Assembly (NCBI GenBank): GCA_963806225.1
Contig: CAWDXG010000001.1
Span: 2,006,264 to 2,070,263 of the forward strand
Origin: an uncultured delta proteobacterium
Lineage (GTDB): Bacteria; Myxococcota_A; Polyangia; Polyangiales; Polyangiaceae
Length of the DNA: 64,000 nucleotides
Direction of reading: 5' to 3'
A program made the position numbers and the translations under genes. This document shows, piece after piece, positions 33,454 through 44,614 of the stretch. Position 1 is the stretch's first letter. Every line of letters starts with the position of its first letter. The notes below the pieces were generated by a model. The model did not search any database and had not been told where the DNA came from. It saw nothing but the letters and a program-made list of their open reading frames with translations.

Positions 33454-34890
33454 CTAGCAGCCCGCGGATGTCCCGCGCAGTAGCTCCGCGATTTCCGGCC
33501 TGAGCTCGGGCGGCGATTCGCCGCGATCGAGCGCGGCGCGCACCTCCGCGTAGGAGCGCGTGGTGCCCGTCTCCGGCGCGGTGTGCGCGCTGGCGAGCAC
33601 GCCGACGCGCTGCGACAGGAACATGGGCCTGAGCGGGATGGCTTCGAGCCCGAGCTCGTCGAGCGCGCCGTCGAGCTCGTCGGGCGTGAGCAGGTGGCTC
33701 GCGCCGTGGTTCCTCGCCACGATGGCGTCGAGCAGCGGCGAGTCGTGGGGGGAGCGGAGCGGGGCGACGAGCGTGCGCTCCCGCGCGAAGTAGCGATCGC
33801 ACAGTACGCTGCAGCACTCCGCGACCAGCTCGCCGCGCGGCTGGACGAGCAGACCGTCGGCAAACTCCAGCGCGGCGCGTGCGGCGTGCTCGTCGGAGAG
33901 CAGGGGAGGGGTGCGCGGCTGCCACGCCACCACGCGGCGCCAGCCGCGCGCGCGCATCTCGTCGCGCACGGCGCGCACGTTGGTTGCGTCCGGGACACGC
34001 ACGTCACCGCCCACGTGCGTCACGCCGTCCACCTCGTAAGACGTCGTGCACGTCGAGGGTGCCGAGTGCGGTGCCGTCGGCGGAGCGCAGCGCGGCTCTG
34101 CCACGGGGCGGCGGCGTTTCCACCGCGAGCGTGATGGGTACTGGCCAGAGCAAGCCGTTTTCCAGCCGCCCCGCGCGCGCGACGCGCAGGTAGTCCTTCT
34201 CGTTCATGAACCCCGCGAGCGGCGAGTACGCGCCGCTCGCCAGGCACGCGAGCTCGAGCGCTGCCTGTGGGCCGAGCTCGATCGAGGGCAGCGCACTGTC
34301 CACCGCTTCGACCTTGCTTCCATCAGGTCGCCGCCGTGCGGCCGCGCCAGCTCGCCCGCGTGCGCGCCGATGAAGCCCAGCTCCTCCAGTCGCGCGAGGA
34401 TCTTCGTGACGCTCTCTTCCGGTGTTTCGCGGTCGCTCCGGACGTGCACCTCGGGCGAGAGCGGCGCTTCGTAGGGATCGCTCACGCCGGTGAAGTTCTT
34501 GATCTCGCCGGCCAGCGCCTTCTTGTAGAGACCCTTCGGGTCGCGCTCGGCGAGCACTTCCAGTGGACACTCCACGTACACCTCGCAGAAGCGCTCCGCA
34601 GAGCGACGCACCTCGTCGCGCACCGCGCGGTACGGGCTGATGGCGGCTGTGATGGCGCAGCCGCCGCTGCGCGCGACGAGCTTTGCCACGTAGCCGATGC
34701 GGCGGATGTTCGTGTCGCGATCCTCGCGCGAGAAGCCGAGCCCCTTCGACAGATTCTTCCGGACCTCGTCGCCGTCCAGCCGCTCGACGTGCACGCCCCG
34801 CCGCGACAGCTCCGTCGCCACCTGCGCCGCCAGCGTGCTCTTGCCCGAGCCCGAAAGCCCGGTGAACCACAACACGAATCCCTGACTCAC
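33454..34890 (-). CDS. cysC: Adenylyl-sulfate kinase fused to a degenerate Sat-type ATP sulfurylase domain (indels near 34310 and 34040)
   Basis: [35 protein letters not shown]; in-frame PHGG, then [30 protein letters not shown]. Confidence 0.88.
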
Positions 34891-34944
34891 GTCGCTCTCC
34901 TCGGTTGCCTGCGGCGCGCGCTGCGATCACCGCTGCGTCGTACT

Positions 34945-35087
34945 CCGAGCTGCAACTCGGGGACCGGAATGCCCGTCCAGCACGACGTGGCGGGCATTTT
35001 GCCGTCCAAGCTGCAACTTGGCGCCCAAAATGCCCGGATATCGGTCATTTTGCCGTCCAAGCCGCAGCTTGGGCCCGGAAATGCCCG
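34945..35087. repeat. Cluster of three REP-like hairpins (first partial)
   Basis: CGGGCATTTTGCCGTCCAAGCTGCAACTTG..AAAATGCCCG units at 34990 and 35042. Confidence 0.88.
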
Positions 35088-35142
35088 CCCGCGCCGCCCG
35101 CGCCGCCCGCGCCGCCCGCGCCGCCCGCGCCGCCCGCGCCGC
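35088..35142. repeat. 9-bp tandem repeat CCCGCGCCG, about 6 copies, abutting the REP cluster
   Basis: Read directly. Confidence 0.85.
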
Positions 35143-35144
35143 GA

Positions 35145-35571
35145 TCACAGCGCAACAACCTCGTATCCGTCGCCCACCTCGCCCGCACTGTGCGCGTCGA
35201 TCACCACCGTGTCCACGCCGCGCTCGGCGGCCAGCCGCCGCACCGTTTCGCGGAGCGAACCCTTTTCCGCCAACGACTTCCACCGCGACGCCGCCCGCCT
35301 CCGCCTCGTCCCGCATCGACGCGAGCGAGCGGCGGATGGTGTCGGTGCGCTGCTCCTTCACCGACTGCTTGAGCGCCTCCACCGCAGCGGGCGGCAGGAA
35401 CGCCTGCGAGGTGAGCGACTCGGCGAGCCGATCGGCCCGGTGCTGGTGGCGCACGTCGGCGAGCACGAGCCGCGCGCCGTCGCGCCGCGCCACCGAAAGC
35501 GCCCGCTCGAACAGCGCGCGGTCGAGCTCCGTGCCCGAGAAGACCGCCATCACGACGCGTCGCTGCTCCAT
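35145..35571 (-). CDS. Universal-stress-protein-like protein (indel near 35260)
   Basis: RVVMAVFSG..ALFERALSVARRDGARLVLADV; ATG abuts the permease stop. Confidence 0.6.
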
Positions 35572-36972
35572 CTATCCGAACCATGGCAAATGCGGCCACA
35601 GCAGCCAAGCCGCAGCCACGAAACGCGACGAAAGAAGCCAGCGTCATGATCACGCCGGGCAGCGCCACCTGCCGCACCTCGTAGTACCCCGACGAGAACG
35701 CAATCGCGCTCGGCGGCGCGCCGACGGGCAGCGTGTAGGCGAGCCCCGCCGGCACCGCGACCGCCACCGTCACCAGCACGGGGTCGAGCCCGTAGCGCGG
35801 CGTCACGCTCAGCGCGAGCGGCAGCAGCACCGCTACTGCCGCGGCGTTGCTGATGAACTCCGTCAAGACCAGCGTCAGCGCGCCCAGCGCCGCCAGCACC
35901 AGCCAGGGCGAAGCCGGCAGTCCGCCGAGCACCTGCGCCGCGAGCCACTTCGTCGCGCCCGTGCGCGTCAGCGCGCTGCCCATCGCGATGGCGCCGCCGT
36001 ACAGCAGGAACACGCCCCAGTTCACCGCCCGCTCGATCTCGCTCCAGCTGACCACGCCCAGCGCGAACAGCGCCGCCGCGCACAGGAGCGACAGCGTCGC
36101 CAGCCCCACCGAATGACCCAGCGCCACCCAAGCGATGATCGACAGCGCCGTCACCGCCGCCGTCTTGATCTCGTTGCGGCTCCACGGCCCCGCTTCGCTG
36201 GATCTCGCGCTCGAGCTGCACGCGCGCCGGCGTCACGTCGTCGACCTCCGGCTTGTAGAACAGGTTCAGCACGACGACGGCGACGCCCACCAGCACCAGC
36301 GCCACCGGCAGCGCCGCCGCGCTGTAGCCCACGAAATCGAGATCGCGCCCCGTCGTTTCCTTCAGGATGCCGATGGCCAGCGCCGCCCGCGCGCCGCCCA
36401 GCAGCGTCGCGATGCCCCCCGCGATGCAGCCCCACGCCATCGACAGATAGAGCAGGGGAGCCAGGCGGCTCTTGCGCGGCTCGAGCCCCAGCGCGCGCGA
36501 GATCGTCGACACCGTCGGGAACACGATCGCCGCCACCGCGTGCTCGGGCATCACGCACGAGAGCAGCGCGCACGTGAGCAATATCCCGGTCGCCAGCCGC
36601 CGCGCCGATCCCCCGAAGCGAAGCAGCAGGAACAGCGACACCCGGCGGCTCAGCCCCGTCGTCATCAGCGCCGCGGCCAGCACCAGCGCGCCCAGGATGA
36701 AGAACACCGCCGGATTGCCGAACAGCGGAAACGCCTCGGCCGGCGACATCGCCCCGAACAGCGGCAGCGCCGCCAGGATGAGCAGCCCCGTCACCGCCAG
36801 CGGGATCGCCCCCGAAACCCACAGCACGATCGCCATCGCGAACACGCCCGAGCGAGATCGCCCCGGGGCGCGTGAGGCCGTCGGGCAGCGGCGCGATGGC
36901 GCCCAGCGCCGGCCCCGAGAGCGCGGCGACAAGCCACCCGTACCGACGACGCTGCCAGGCGTAGCGGATCAT
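35572..36972 (-). CDS. SLC13/DASS family anion permease, possibly a sulfate transporter (indels)
   Basis: LWVSGAIPLAVTGL, IGILKE, VNWGVFLLYGG, LTEFISNAA, LPVGAPPSAI. Confidence 0.88.
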
Positions 36973-36997
36973 GAGCCGCCGGGGATACTAGCCGTTC

Positions 36998-37567
36998 TCA
37001 GTCGGGCGGGGCAGCGGCGTCGTAGATGCTGTCGACGGCCAGCGTGCAGGCCGGAGCCGCCAACGTGACGTGTTCGCCGGCGTGCGCGGCGACCCGCTTC
37101 CACCCGTCGTGGTCGCGTTCGTGGAGCTCGATGCGCCGTTCGCGGTGGTCGACGATCACGATGGCTGCGAGGCCGGGGACGAGCTTGTAGCTCGCGAGCT
37201 TCTCTCCCCGGTCGTATTCCTCCGTGCCGTCGCTGGTGACCTCGACCACGACTTTCGGGTTGGTGACGGTTGTCCGGCTTTCGGGATCATACGCATAGGG
37301 CCCGCAGACGACCGTCACGTCGGGATAGGTCGCCAGCCCGTTTGCCAGGACGCGCACGCGCAGGTCCGAGCTGTGCACGCGGGACGGCCCGCCGCGCAGC
37401 TCGCCAAGCATTTCGGCGGCGACCGCCACGGCGAGCGCGGCATGCTTCGGCGTGCCACCCGCCATGGCGTAGATCTCGCCGTTGAGGAACTCGTGGCGTA
37501 CCGTGCTGCCTTCCTCCAGCTCGAGGTATTCGGCGTAGCTGTAGTGGTGGAGCGCCGGCTGCGTCAC
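36998..37567 (-). CDS. Uma2-family endonuclease
   Basis: RHEFLNGEIYAMAGGTPKH, TYPDVTVVC, VEVTSDGTEEYDRGEK. Confidence 0.92.
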   Translation of the reverse strand: MTQPALHHYSYAEYLELEEGSTVRHEFLNGEIYAMAGGTPKHAALAVAVAAEMLGELRGGPSRVHSSDLRVRVLANGLATYPDVTVVCGPYAYDPESRTTVTNPKVVVEVTSDGTEEYDRGEKLASYKLVPGLAAIVIVDHRERRIELHERDHDGWKRVAAHAGEHVTLAAPACTLAVDSIYDAAAPPD

Positions 37568-37645
37568 GGGAGGAAACCTAGCACGCGGGCAGAGCGGGGT
37601 AGCGGCACGCGGCGGTGCGGAGCCGGCGCGACGTTTGGTTGCGAT

Positions 37646-37917
37646 GGCGGACATCTGGCTCGCGGGCGGTTGGCGGACATCTGGCGCCGCTTGCCCCCAC
37701 GGACGGGAGCGGCCACTGGCCCCGGCGAGCCGCGCATCGCCACGCTTCGCCCCATAGCTGACTGCCCGCCCCCATTTTCGAGTAGTCTGTATTATGACTG
37801 AACTAATGTCAAGTACCGATCGCTCCCGCGGGCCGTCCACGTCAAGCTCGGAGCCGGGCCCCGGAGCTGGAGCGGGAGCGCGAGAGAAGAGCGGGAGCCG
37901 GGCCGGGAGCCGGAGCG
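37646..37917. repeat. Intergenic module 1: two GGCGGACATCTGGC, a leftward TTGACA box, and a GGAGC(C/G) tract
   Basis: Motifs at 37646 and 37672; ACTGAAC..ATGTCAAG near 37797; hexamers from about 37849. Same order as 44700..44866. Confidence 0.7.
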
Positions 37918-37971
37918 GTCTCTTCGGCGGGATTCAGGTAGATCCAAATCTGGCCGAATTCGGCGAAATTC

Positions 37972-39216
37972 GTGATAGAACGAATTCTGCCGATGCGCCG
38001 CCGTTATCTGGAACCTCTCATCGAGGAGCTCGCCTTTGCGGACCACAAGATCGCGCTGCTCGGTGGTCCGCGCCAGTGCGGCAAGACCACGCTCGCCAAG
38101 CGGCTGCTGGCGGCGCGGGGGTCCGGCGCGTACCACAACTGGGACCAGGTCGAGCTCAGGCGGACGTGGGCGAAGCATCCGCAGTCGCTCGTTCCCGCAG
38201 CGCGCGGCAAGACGGTGCCGCTGCTGGTGCTCGACGAAATCCACAAGGCCAGGCTCTGGAAGCGCACCTTGAAAGGGATGTACGACACGCTGGAGCGACC
38301 GGTGGATATCCTCGTCACCGGCAGCGCGCGTCTGGCGGTGTACCGGCGCGGCAGCGACAGCTTGCTCGGCCGCTACCGGACCTTCCGCCTGCACCCGTTC
38401 TCGGTGGCCGAGCTGACGCGGAAGAAGCCGCTTCCGCCCGACGAAGCGCTCGCGTCGCTGCTCGGTGCCCGCGCCCGGCCGAGCACTGCGGCCCAGGAGG
38501 CGTTCGAGCTGCTGACCGCCTTCGGCCCGTTTCCCGAGCCAGTCCTGGCTGCGGATACGCGCCGGGCGCGGCTCTGGCGTCGCGAACGCGTCGACGCGGT
38601 CGTGCGTGAGGATCTACGCGACTTGTCGCGCATCACGGAGCTCGACCGCGTGCAGATGCTGGCAGCCCTCCTGCCCGAGCGCGTGGGCTCGTTGCTCAGC
38701 GTCCAGGCGCTGCGCGAGGATCTGGAGGTCGCCCACGATACGGTGCGCCGCTGGCTCACCGCGCTCGCGGAGCTCTACTACTGCTTCGAGGTCAAACCCT
38801 TCACGCGCGGCGTGCGCCGCTCCGTGCGCAAGGAGGGCAAACTCTATCTATGGGATCCCGGGGAAGTTCCGGAAGCCGGTCCGCGTTTCGAGAATCTCGT
38901 GGCCTGTCATCTGCTCAAGGCGTGCCACTACTGGACCGATGCGGGCTACGGTGACTTCTCGCTCTGCTACGTCCGCAACCGCGACGGCCGAGAGCTCGAC
39001 TTCCTGATTGTCCGCGACGGCGCCGCGTGGTTGCCCGTCGAAGCGAAGCTCGCGGATGTCACGCCGGCGCCGGCATTCCGCACTTTCGCCCACCGGCTCG
39101 GTTGCCTCACCGCGCTGCAGCTCGTCGCCACCCCCGGCGTCCGGATCGAGCACGAGCTCGATGGGACGCGCGTGGTCGTGATGTCCGCCGCGGACGCGCT
39201 GTCGCAGCTGGTTTGA
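37972..39216 (+). CDS. AAA_14 ATPase with a DUF4143-like C-terminal domain
   Basis: GPRQCGKTT, LVLDEIHK, VTGSA, KLYLWDPG, FENLV, ELDF..VEAK. Confidence 0.92.
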   Translation: MIERILPMRRRYLEPLIEELAFADHKIALLGGPRQCGKTTLAKRLLAARGSGAYHNWDQVELRRTWAKHPQSLVPAARGKTVPLLVLDEIHKARLWKRTLKGMYDTLERPVDILVTGSARLAVYRRGSDSLLGRYRTFRLHPFSVAELTRKKPLPPDEALASLLGARARPSTAAQEAFELLTAFGPFPEPVLAADTRRARLWRRERVDAVVREDLRDLSRITELDRVQMLAALLPERVGSLLSVQALREDLEVAHDTVRRWLTALAELYYCFEVKPFTRGVRRSVRKEGKLYLWDPGEVPEAGPRFENLVACHLLKACHYWTDAGYGDFSLCYVRNRDGRELDFLIVRDGAAWLPVEAKLADVTPAPAFRTFAHRLGCLTALQLVATPGVRIEHELDGTRVVVMSAADALSQLV

Positions 39217-39248
39217 CGCCTGGCGGACATCTGGCTTGCCCGCGCGCG

Positions 39249-39662
39249 TTACTCGAGCGGAACCAGGCGCGGCGCGGGGTCGATGGCAAGGCGCACGGCG
39301 CGGAAGTGGCGCTCGTCCGTGGTCACGATCACGGTGGCCTGATGGCGTTCAGCTTGTGCCATCACCACGGCGTCCACAAGACCCAGCCGCAAGTCCGCAT
39401 ACTGCGCGAGCAGCTCACCCGCACGTGGCAGATCGCGTGCGACGTTGCCGTCGACGGCGTACAGGCCTTCGCGAACATCCGCGGCGAACGCCAGCGCCAC
39501 GTGATCGCCCAGACGGCTCGCAGCGAGATAGTCGACCTCCGGCAAGATGGCCCACGGCAGGATCCAGTCCGGATCGCTGTCGAACAGCAGCGAGACGACC
39601 CGGTGATGGCGATCAGACCGGTCGAGCAGTGCGAGCATGCCGCCGGTGTCGGCGACGATCAT
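39249..39662 (-). CDS. PIN-domain (VapC-like) toxin
   Basis: MIVADTG, LPEVDYL, LGLVDA, TTDERHF. Confidence 0.92.
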   Translation of the reverse strand: MIVADTGGMLALLDRSDRHHRVVSLLFDSDPDWILPWAILPEVDYLAASRLGDHVALAFAADVREGLYAVDGNVARDLPRAGELLAQYADLRLGLVDAVVMAQAERHQATVIVTTDERHFRAVRLAIDPAPRLVPLE

Positions 39663-39886
39663 CGGTCTTCGCCGAAGCCTTCGAGCAGCTCTTCCGCGCG
39701 GTCGCTCAGATCGGCCGTGCCGCTTGCTCCCGCGCCGATGCTGGACGGCCGCTTTCGTTTGCTCGAGCCCTGGTACTCGGCCAACGCCTCGCGGATGATC
39801 ATCGCCTGGGTGCGCCCGGTGGCCTCCGCAAGACGGCGGATCTTCAGGTAGATCTGCTCGTCCAGGTACACCGTGGTCTTGTGCAT
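39659..39886 (-). CDS. CopG/ribbon-helix-helix antitoxin
   Basis: MHKTTVYLDE..IRRLAEATGRTQAMIIREAL. Confidence 0.9.
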   Translation of the reverse strand: MHKTTVYLDEQIYLKIRRLAEATGRTQAMIIREALAEYQGSSKRKRPSSIGAGASGTADLSDRAEELLEGFGEDR

Positions 39887-40052
39887 GCGCGATATATATG
39901 GCGCGCCAGCTGTCACGTCAACGGTCGAGGTGCTCTGTATGGCCAAGAGCCGGTCTATCCCCCAAGGAGCGCCGCACAATTGGCGCCCAGGGCGGCGTGA
40001 CGGGGTTGACGCGCGGACCACGGAATGACAGCAGAGCCCGGCCAACTCGTAG

Positions 40053-40100
40053 CGGGAGCGGGAGCCGGAGCGGAGAGCGCAGCCGCAGCCGGAGCCGGAG
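40053..40100. repeat. GGAGC(C/G) hexamer tract
   Basis: GGGAGCGGGAGCCGGAGC...GGAGCGGGAGCG. Confidence 0.75.
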
Positions 40101-40150
40101 CTGGAGCGGGAGCGGGAGCGCGTCGCCGCGCGCGGCGGCGGTGGAACGGG

Positions 40151-42640
40151 TCAGTCCTTGTCGGCTGGCCTGGCTGGTGACGCGGTCTGCGCCATCAGCT
40201 TCGCCATGCCCTCGAACAGCGCCATCAGCGATGCGGCGGCTTCGGGGGGCGCTTCGATGGCGACGCCGCCGCTTTCGGTGCGGCGCACCTGCACGGTCGA
40301 AAGGAGCGCGGTCACGTCGCCGCCGGCTGCCGGTGCCCCCGCGCCGTTGCCCGCCCCCTGCCGAGCACCGCCGCCCGCCCCGACGCCGTCGCTCGCCCCC
40401 TGCCGAGCACCGTCGACCAGCGCTTCGCGCGGCGCGCCGATCAGCGCGGCGCCCGGACCTGTCATTTCCTCGATCGTGTCGGCGTCGCCGTCCGGCGCCG
40501 CCTCCACCTCGACCGCGCCGTCGTCGTCCTCGGTTGTGCTCACTTCCGCGATGCCCGGCACCTCAGGCACGAGCTTGTCGACGGTCGCCATGAACGACGC
40601 CTTGCCACCGAACTGCACGCTGTCGCTCGCGCCGTCGAAGAGCCCCGAGAACAGCGCGCGCTTGTTCGACACGAGCGTGGCGATGCGCGATTCGATGCCG
40701 TACTCGCTCGCGAGGTTGAACACCTCGATGGGCCGCTTCTGCCCGAGGCGGTAGATGCGCGAGATGCGCTGCTCGAGCACGGCCGGGTTCCAGGGCAGCT
40801 CGAGGTTGATGCACGCGCTGGCGGCGCGCTGCAGGTTCAGCCCGACGCCGCCCGCGTCGCTCAGGAACATCACGTTCGTGTCCGGCTCGTCGTGGAACTC
40901 GACGATGGAGCGCGTGCGCTGCCGGCTCGATTCCGCCCCCGTGAAGAACACCGCGCGCTGCCCCGCGTCGCCGAGGATGTCGCGCAGGCTCCACTCGGCC
41001 AGCCTCAGCATGCGCCGCCACTGGCTGAAGACGACCACCTTGCGCTGCTGCTCGACCGCGAGCTCCTCGACGAGCGCCCGGAGCTCCAGCAGCTTGGGCG
41101 AAAAGAGCCCTTCGAGCAGCGCGCCGTCGGGGCGCGCGCTCTGGTAGGTCGGCCAGATCTCCTCGAACTCGAGTTGCCCGAGGCCGTTCGAGATGATGCG
41201 CTGCTGGTTCAGCAGCGACATCAGCCTGAGGAACTCGCTCTGCGTGAGCGGCCGCCGCCGCCCTGCCGCCTGGAGGCGCTTGATGGGTGCGATCAGGTCG
41301 TCGTGCAGCTCGCGCTGCCGCTCGGTCATCGCCACCGGCACGCGCGTGTCGGTGCGCGGCGGAAGCTGCGAGAGCACGTCCGCTGCGCCGCCGCCGGAAC
41401 AGGCCGGGCGACGAGCCGCGTGCGCAGCGTGTCGAGGTTGCTTCGCACCGCCCCCGTTCGCTGTCCTCGTACGTGTACCAGGCATCGAGCCGCCACTTCG
41501 GGCGCAAGCGCGAGATCGTCCACCCAGTCGAGCAGGCTGGCGAGCTCTTCGAGGCGGTTCTCCATCGGCGTGCCCGTCAAGACGAGCCGCCACGCCGGCG
41601 ACAGCGCCTTCACGTACGCCGCGCTCTTTGTCGCCCAGTTCTTGATGCGCTGCGCCTCGTCGAGCACCACGATGTCTGGTGCCATCCGGCGCACGTGCTC
41701 GAAGTCGCGGAGCAGCTGCTCGTAGCCGATGATGAGGAAGCCCTTGTCGAGCTTGTTGTACTGCGCTGCACGCTCGTCGGGCCGCCCCTCCACCAGCTCT
41801 GCCGGCACGCGCGTCGTCGCTGCCCACTCGCGCAGCCACTGCGGCTTCAGCGCGGCCGGCACCACGAGCAGTCCACGCCGCACCTGCCGGCTCGTGTACA
41901 GCGCGTGGCACGCTGCGACGGCCTGCGTCGTCTTGCCGAGCCCCATGTCGTCGGCCAACACGAGCCGCCCCGCGTCGAGGAAGCGCTCCACGCCTTGTCG
42001 CTGGTAGGCGTACAGCTTGCGCTGCATCGATTCCACATGGGACAGCGCGCGCGTGCCCGCGCGGCGCGCCTTGTCGCGCCGCTCGGCGCGCGCCAGCTCC
42101 TCGGAGACGACTGCCTGTGCAGCGGGCTCTGCCGCTCTGCCGCTCTTCGCCAGCTTGCGCAGCAGCGAAAGACGCGCGTCCTGGTCCGCGAGCCGCCCGG
42201 GGTCGAGCGCGTACAGCCGGAAACCCGGTGGAAGCTTCAGGGGTTCGGCGCCCACGCGCAGCTTCTTCCACACGTAGTGCCCGGGCGCGCGCGCGTCCTC
42301 GTGGAGTACCCATCCCGCCGGCGCCCGCTTGGCGCCCAGGCGCAGCCCGGCGAGCCGATCAAGCTCGCCTTCGAGCGGTAGCTCGGCCTCCCACCAGATG
42401 CGATCGACCGGCAGCGCCGCCCGCGCCTGCTCGCGTTCCACCGCCTCCACGCGCTTGCGGCTCGAGCACACGTCGTCGAGCACGCACAGGAGATGCTTGC
42501 ACACGCCCAGCGAGCTCCTGACGAAATCCGCGCAGTCGCAGCTGCCGCGCAGCGGCACGAAGCTCGACAGCTCGGTGCGGTAGGGCCGCGTCTTTCCCCG
42601 CCCCGCGTTGCCGCCCTTCCCGCGGGCTTTGGCGGCGCGC
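40151..42640 (-). CDS. SNF2-family helicase with a SWIM-type zinc finger, probably 5'-truncated (indels)
   Basis: CDC..CKH, LADDMGLGKT, VLDEAQRIKN, LTGTPMEN, VVFSQW, GGVGLNLQ, WNPAVLEQRISRIYRLGQ. Confidence 0.88.
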
Positions 42641-42644
42641 CCGG

Positions 42645-42760
42645 ATGCTCGCAGCACGGGCACCTCGCCGGCCGCACCGCCGCCACCGCGGGCGGATTGT
42701 CTGCCCAGAATTTCAACGTCCAGCTCGAAGTAGACGATGCGTAGGGCGCTCCGCTTCTTT
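42645..42760 (-). pseudogene. Possible remnant of a transposon accessory gene (DUF6431-like zinc-ribbon start)
   Basis: With one indel reads IVYFELDVKFWADNPPAVAAVRPARCPCC; the family match is from memory. Confidence 0.4.
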
Positions 42761-43027
42761 TCGATAGGGTCCGGAGCACGACGGGGACGTTTTCCACGCG
42801 CGCCCCGTCACCTATTTTGTGCGGCCGGCTACGCGCCGATGCTCCGCCTCCGGAGCCGCGCGAGCTACCCGACAACCACCGATCCGGGCGAGAAACCCGC
42901 GATGGACATCGACGTCCCGCCGCCCCCGAACCCCTCACGCTGCGTGAACGAAAACGGCGCTACGTCCGGCGTCCACGGTGAGCGGTAACAATTGGCGCTC
43001 GCGGACAGGACGGATACGATTCGGGTC

Positions 43028-43361
43028 ATGCAGGCGTTCGAGGCTCGATTGCCGCCCCTTCGCACCGACCCGCATGGCGTAGTTCGCGTTGGCGATGACG
43101 CGTGTGTCGTTGGAGTCCGTCGTGCTGGCATTCGACCGTGGCGCCTCGGCCGAGGAAATCGTGGAAAGCTTTCCTGCCCTCGACCTGCCGATGGTCTATG
43201 CGACGCTGGCGTACGTTCTCGTGGATCGGGCGAACATCGACGACTACCTGCTCCGCCGCCGAGAAGACCTGGAGCGTCTGCGGGCGGAAGCGGAGAAGCG
43301 TTTCCCATCCGACGCGCTGCGCACGAAGCTGCTCGCTAGACGCCAGGGCGCCGAGCGGTGA
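43028..43361 (+). CDS. DUF433-family antitoxin, copy 1 (1-bp insertion near 43097)
   Basis: TRVSLESVVLAFDRGASAEEIVESFPAL; nearly identical to 48321..48653. Confidence 0.85.
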
Positions 43362-43584
43362 TCAAGTTCGTCGCCGACGAGGATCTGGACGGTCACATCG
43401 TCCGGAGCCTCCGGCGGCGCATGGGCGTACCGTCGCATCGCCGTCGGCGGGCACTTGCGCGGGCGTGATTATTGTGCCTCAGTGGCTGTCCATTGGTGAG
43501 GCCGTCGCAGATCTCGCCTTGATCGCCGAGTGCAGTGCACCGGAGGAGTGGTTCGGGCAGGTGCGCTTTCTGCCGCTGGTGTGA
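43358..43584 (+). pseudogene. DUF5615-family PIN-like toxin, copy 1, internally deleted
   Basis: MIKFVADEDLD start and GVIIVPQWL..FLPLV end; about 130 bp missing relative to copy 2. Confidence 0.8.
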
Positions 43585-43642
43585 TGACGGTGCGCGCAGC
43601 ACCACCGTGCTGACCGCAGCGGTAACTGGAGCCGCAGCGCGC

Positions 43643-44614
43643 CTACGCGTCCGCGAAGCGCCGCGTTGTCTCTGCCACCAGCGCGTCATGCGGCGGCCCG
43701 TGCGTCGCGAGGACGCCGCGATTCGCCGAGAGCGTGCGACCCTTCGAGAAATCGAGCGGGCGGCCGTGCACGTCCGTCACGCGCCCGCCCGCGGCTTCGA
43801 CGATCAGGCTGCCGGCGGCGTGGTCCCAGATCTTCTCCTCGTAGCCGGGGCGCGTCGGCAGGCGCCAGTAGATCTCCGCGTCGCCGCGCGCGACCAGCGC
43901 GTACTTCACCTGGCTGTCGACGCGCACCGAGCCGCCCACGCCGAGCTTTGCCGCGAGCTCGCTTGCTACATCGTGGCGCGAGTGCGCCGCTTCCACCGAC
44001 TCGCACGCGCGCCAGTCCGATGGGACAGGGCGGTCGCTCACGCGGATCGCCGTCGCGCTGCCACCACCGAGCGCCGCCTGCTGCGGCGCCTGCGCCGCGC
44101 ACCGCCCAGAGCAGCGTGCCCGCGCCCGGCTCGCACGCGCTCCGCGCCCGAGAGCGGCAGGTTCGGGCAACCGAGCACGCCCAGCACCACCTCGCCGTCC
44201 ACGATCAGCGCCAGCGCCACCGCGTACTGCTCGCCGCGCAGGAAGCCCTTCGTCCCGTCGATCGGATCCAGCGTCCAGAAGCGCGCGCCCGGGCTCGCCC
44301 GCGCCGCGATCGATCCAGCGCCAGCGTCTCTTCCGGCGTCGCGCCGCACAGGCCGGCCACCCGGTCCAGCAGCGCCCGGTTGGCTGGATTCGCGGAGCTG
44401 GGCCGAGCCTTCTTCGGCGACCAGCGCGTCGTCGGGAAACGCCTCGGCCAGGGCGCGGGCTACGACCGCCTGGGCGGCGAAGTCCGCGACGGTGACCGGG
44501 CGACTTGTCGCTCTTGTCGAGGCGGCCCGGGTCCAGGCTCCGCTGCACTGTCGTGCACGCCGCCGCGGCCAGCTTCACTGCGCGCTGCGCCGTATCGAGC
44601 TCGCGTTCCAGCAT
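43643..44614 (-). CDS. 3'(2'),5'-bisphosphate nucleotidase, HAL2/SAL1 type (indels)
   Basis: DKSPVTVADF, FWTLDPIDGTKGFLRGEQYAVALAL, DSQVKYA, EKIWDHAAG. Confidence 0.92.
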   Translation of the reverse strand: MLERELDTAQRAVKLAAAACTTVQRSLDPGRLDKSDKSPGHRRGLRRPGGRSPRPGRGVSRRRAGRRRRLGPAPRIQPTGRCWTGWPACAARRRKRRWRWIDRGAGEPGRALLDAGSDRRDEGLPARRAVRGGAGADRGRRGGAGRARLPEPAALGRGARASRARARCSGRCAAQAPQQAALGGGSATAIRVSDRPVPSDWRACESVEAAHSRHDVASELAAKLGVGGSVRVDSQVKYALVARGDAEIYWRLPTRPGYEEKIWDHAAGSLIVEAAGGRVTDVHGRPLDFSKGRTLSANRGVLATHGPPHDALVAETTRRFADA

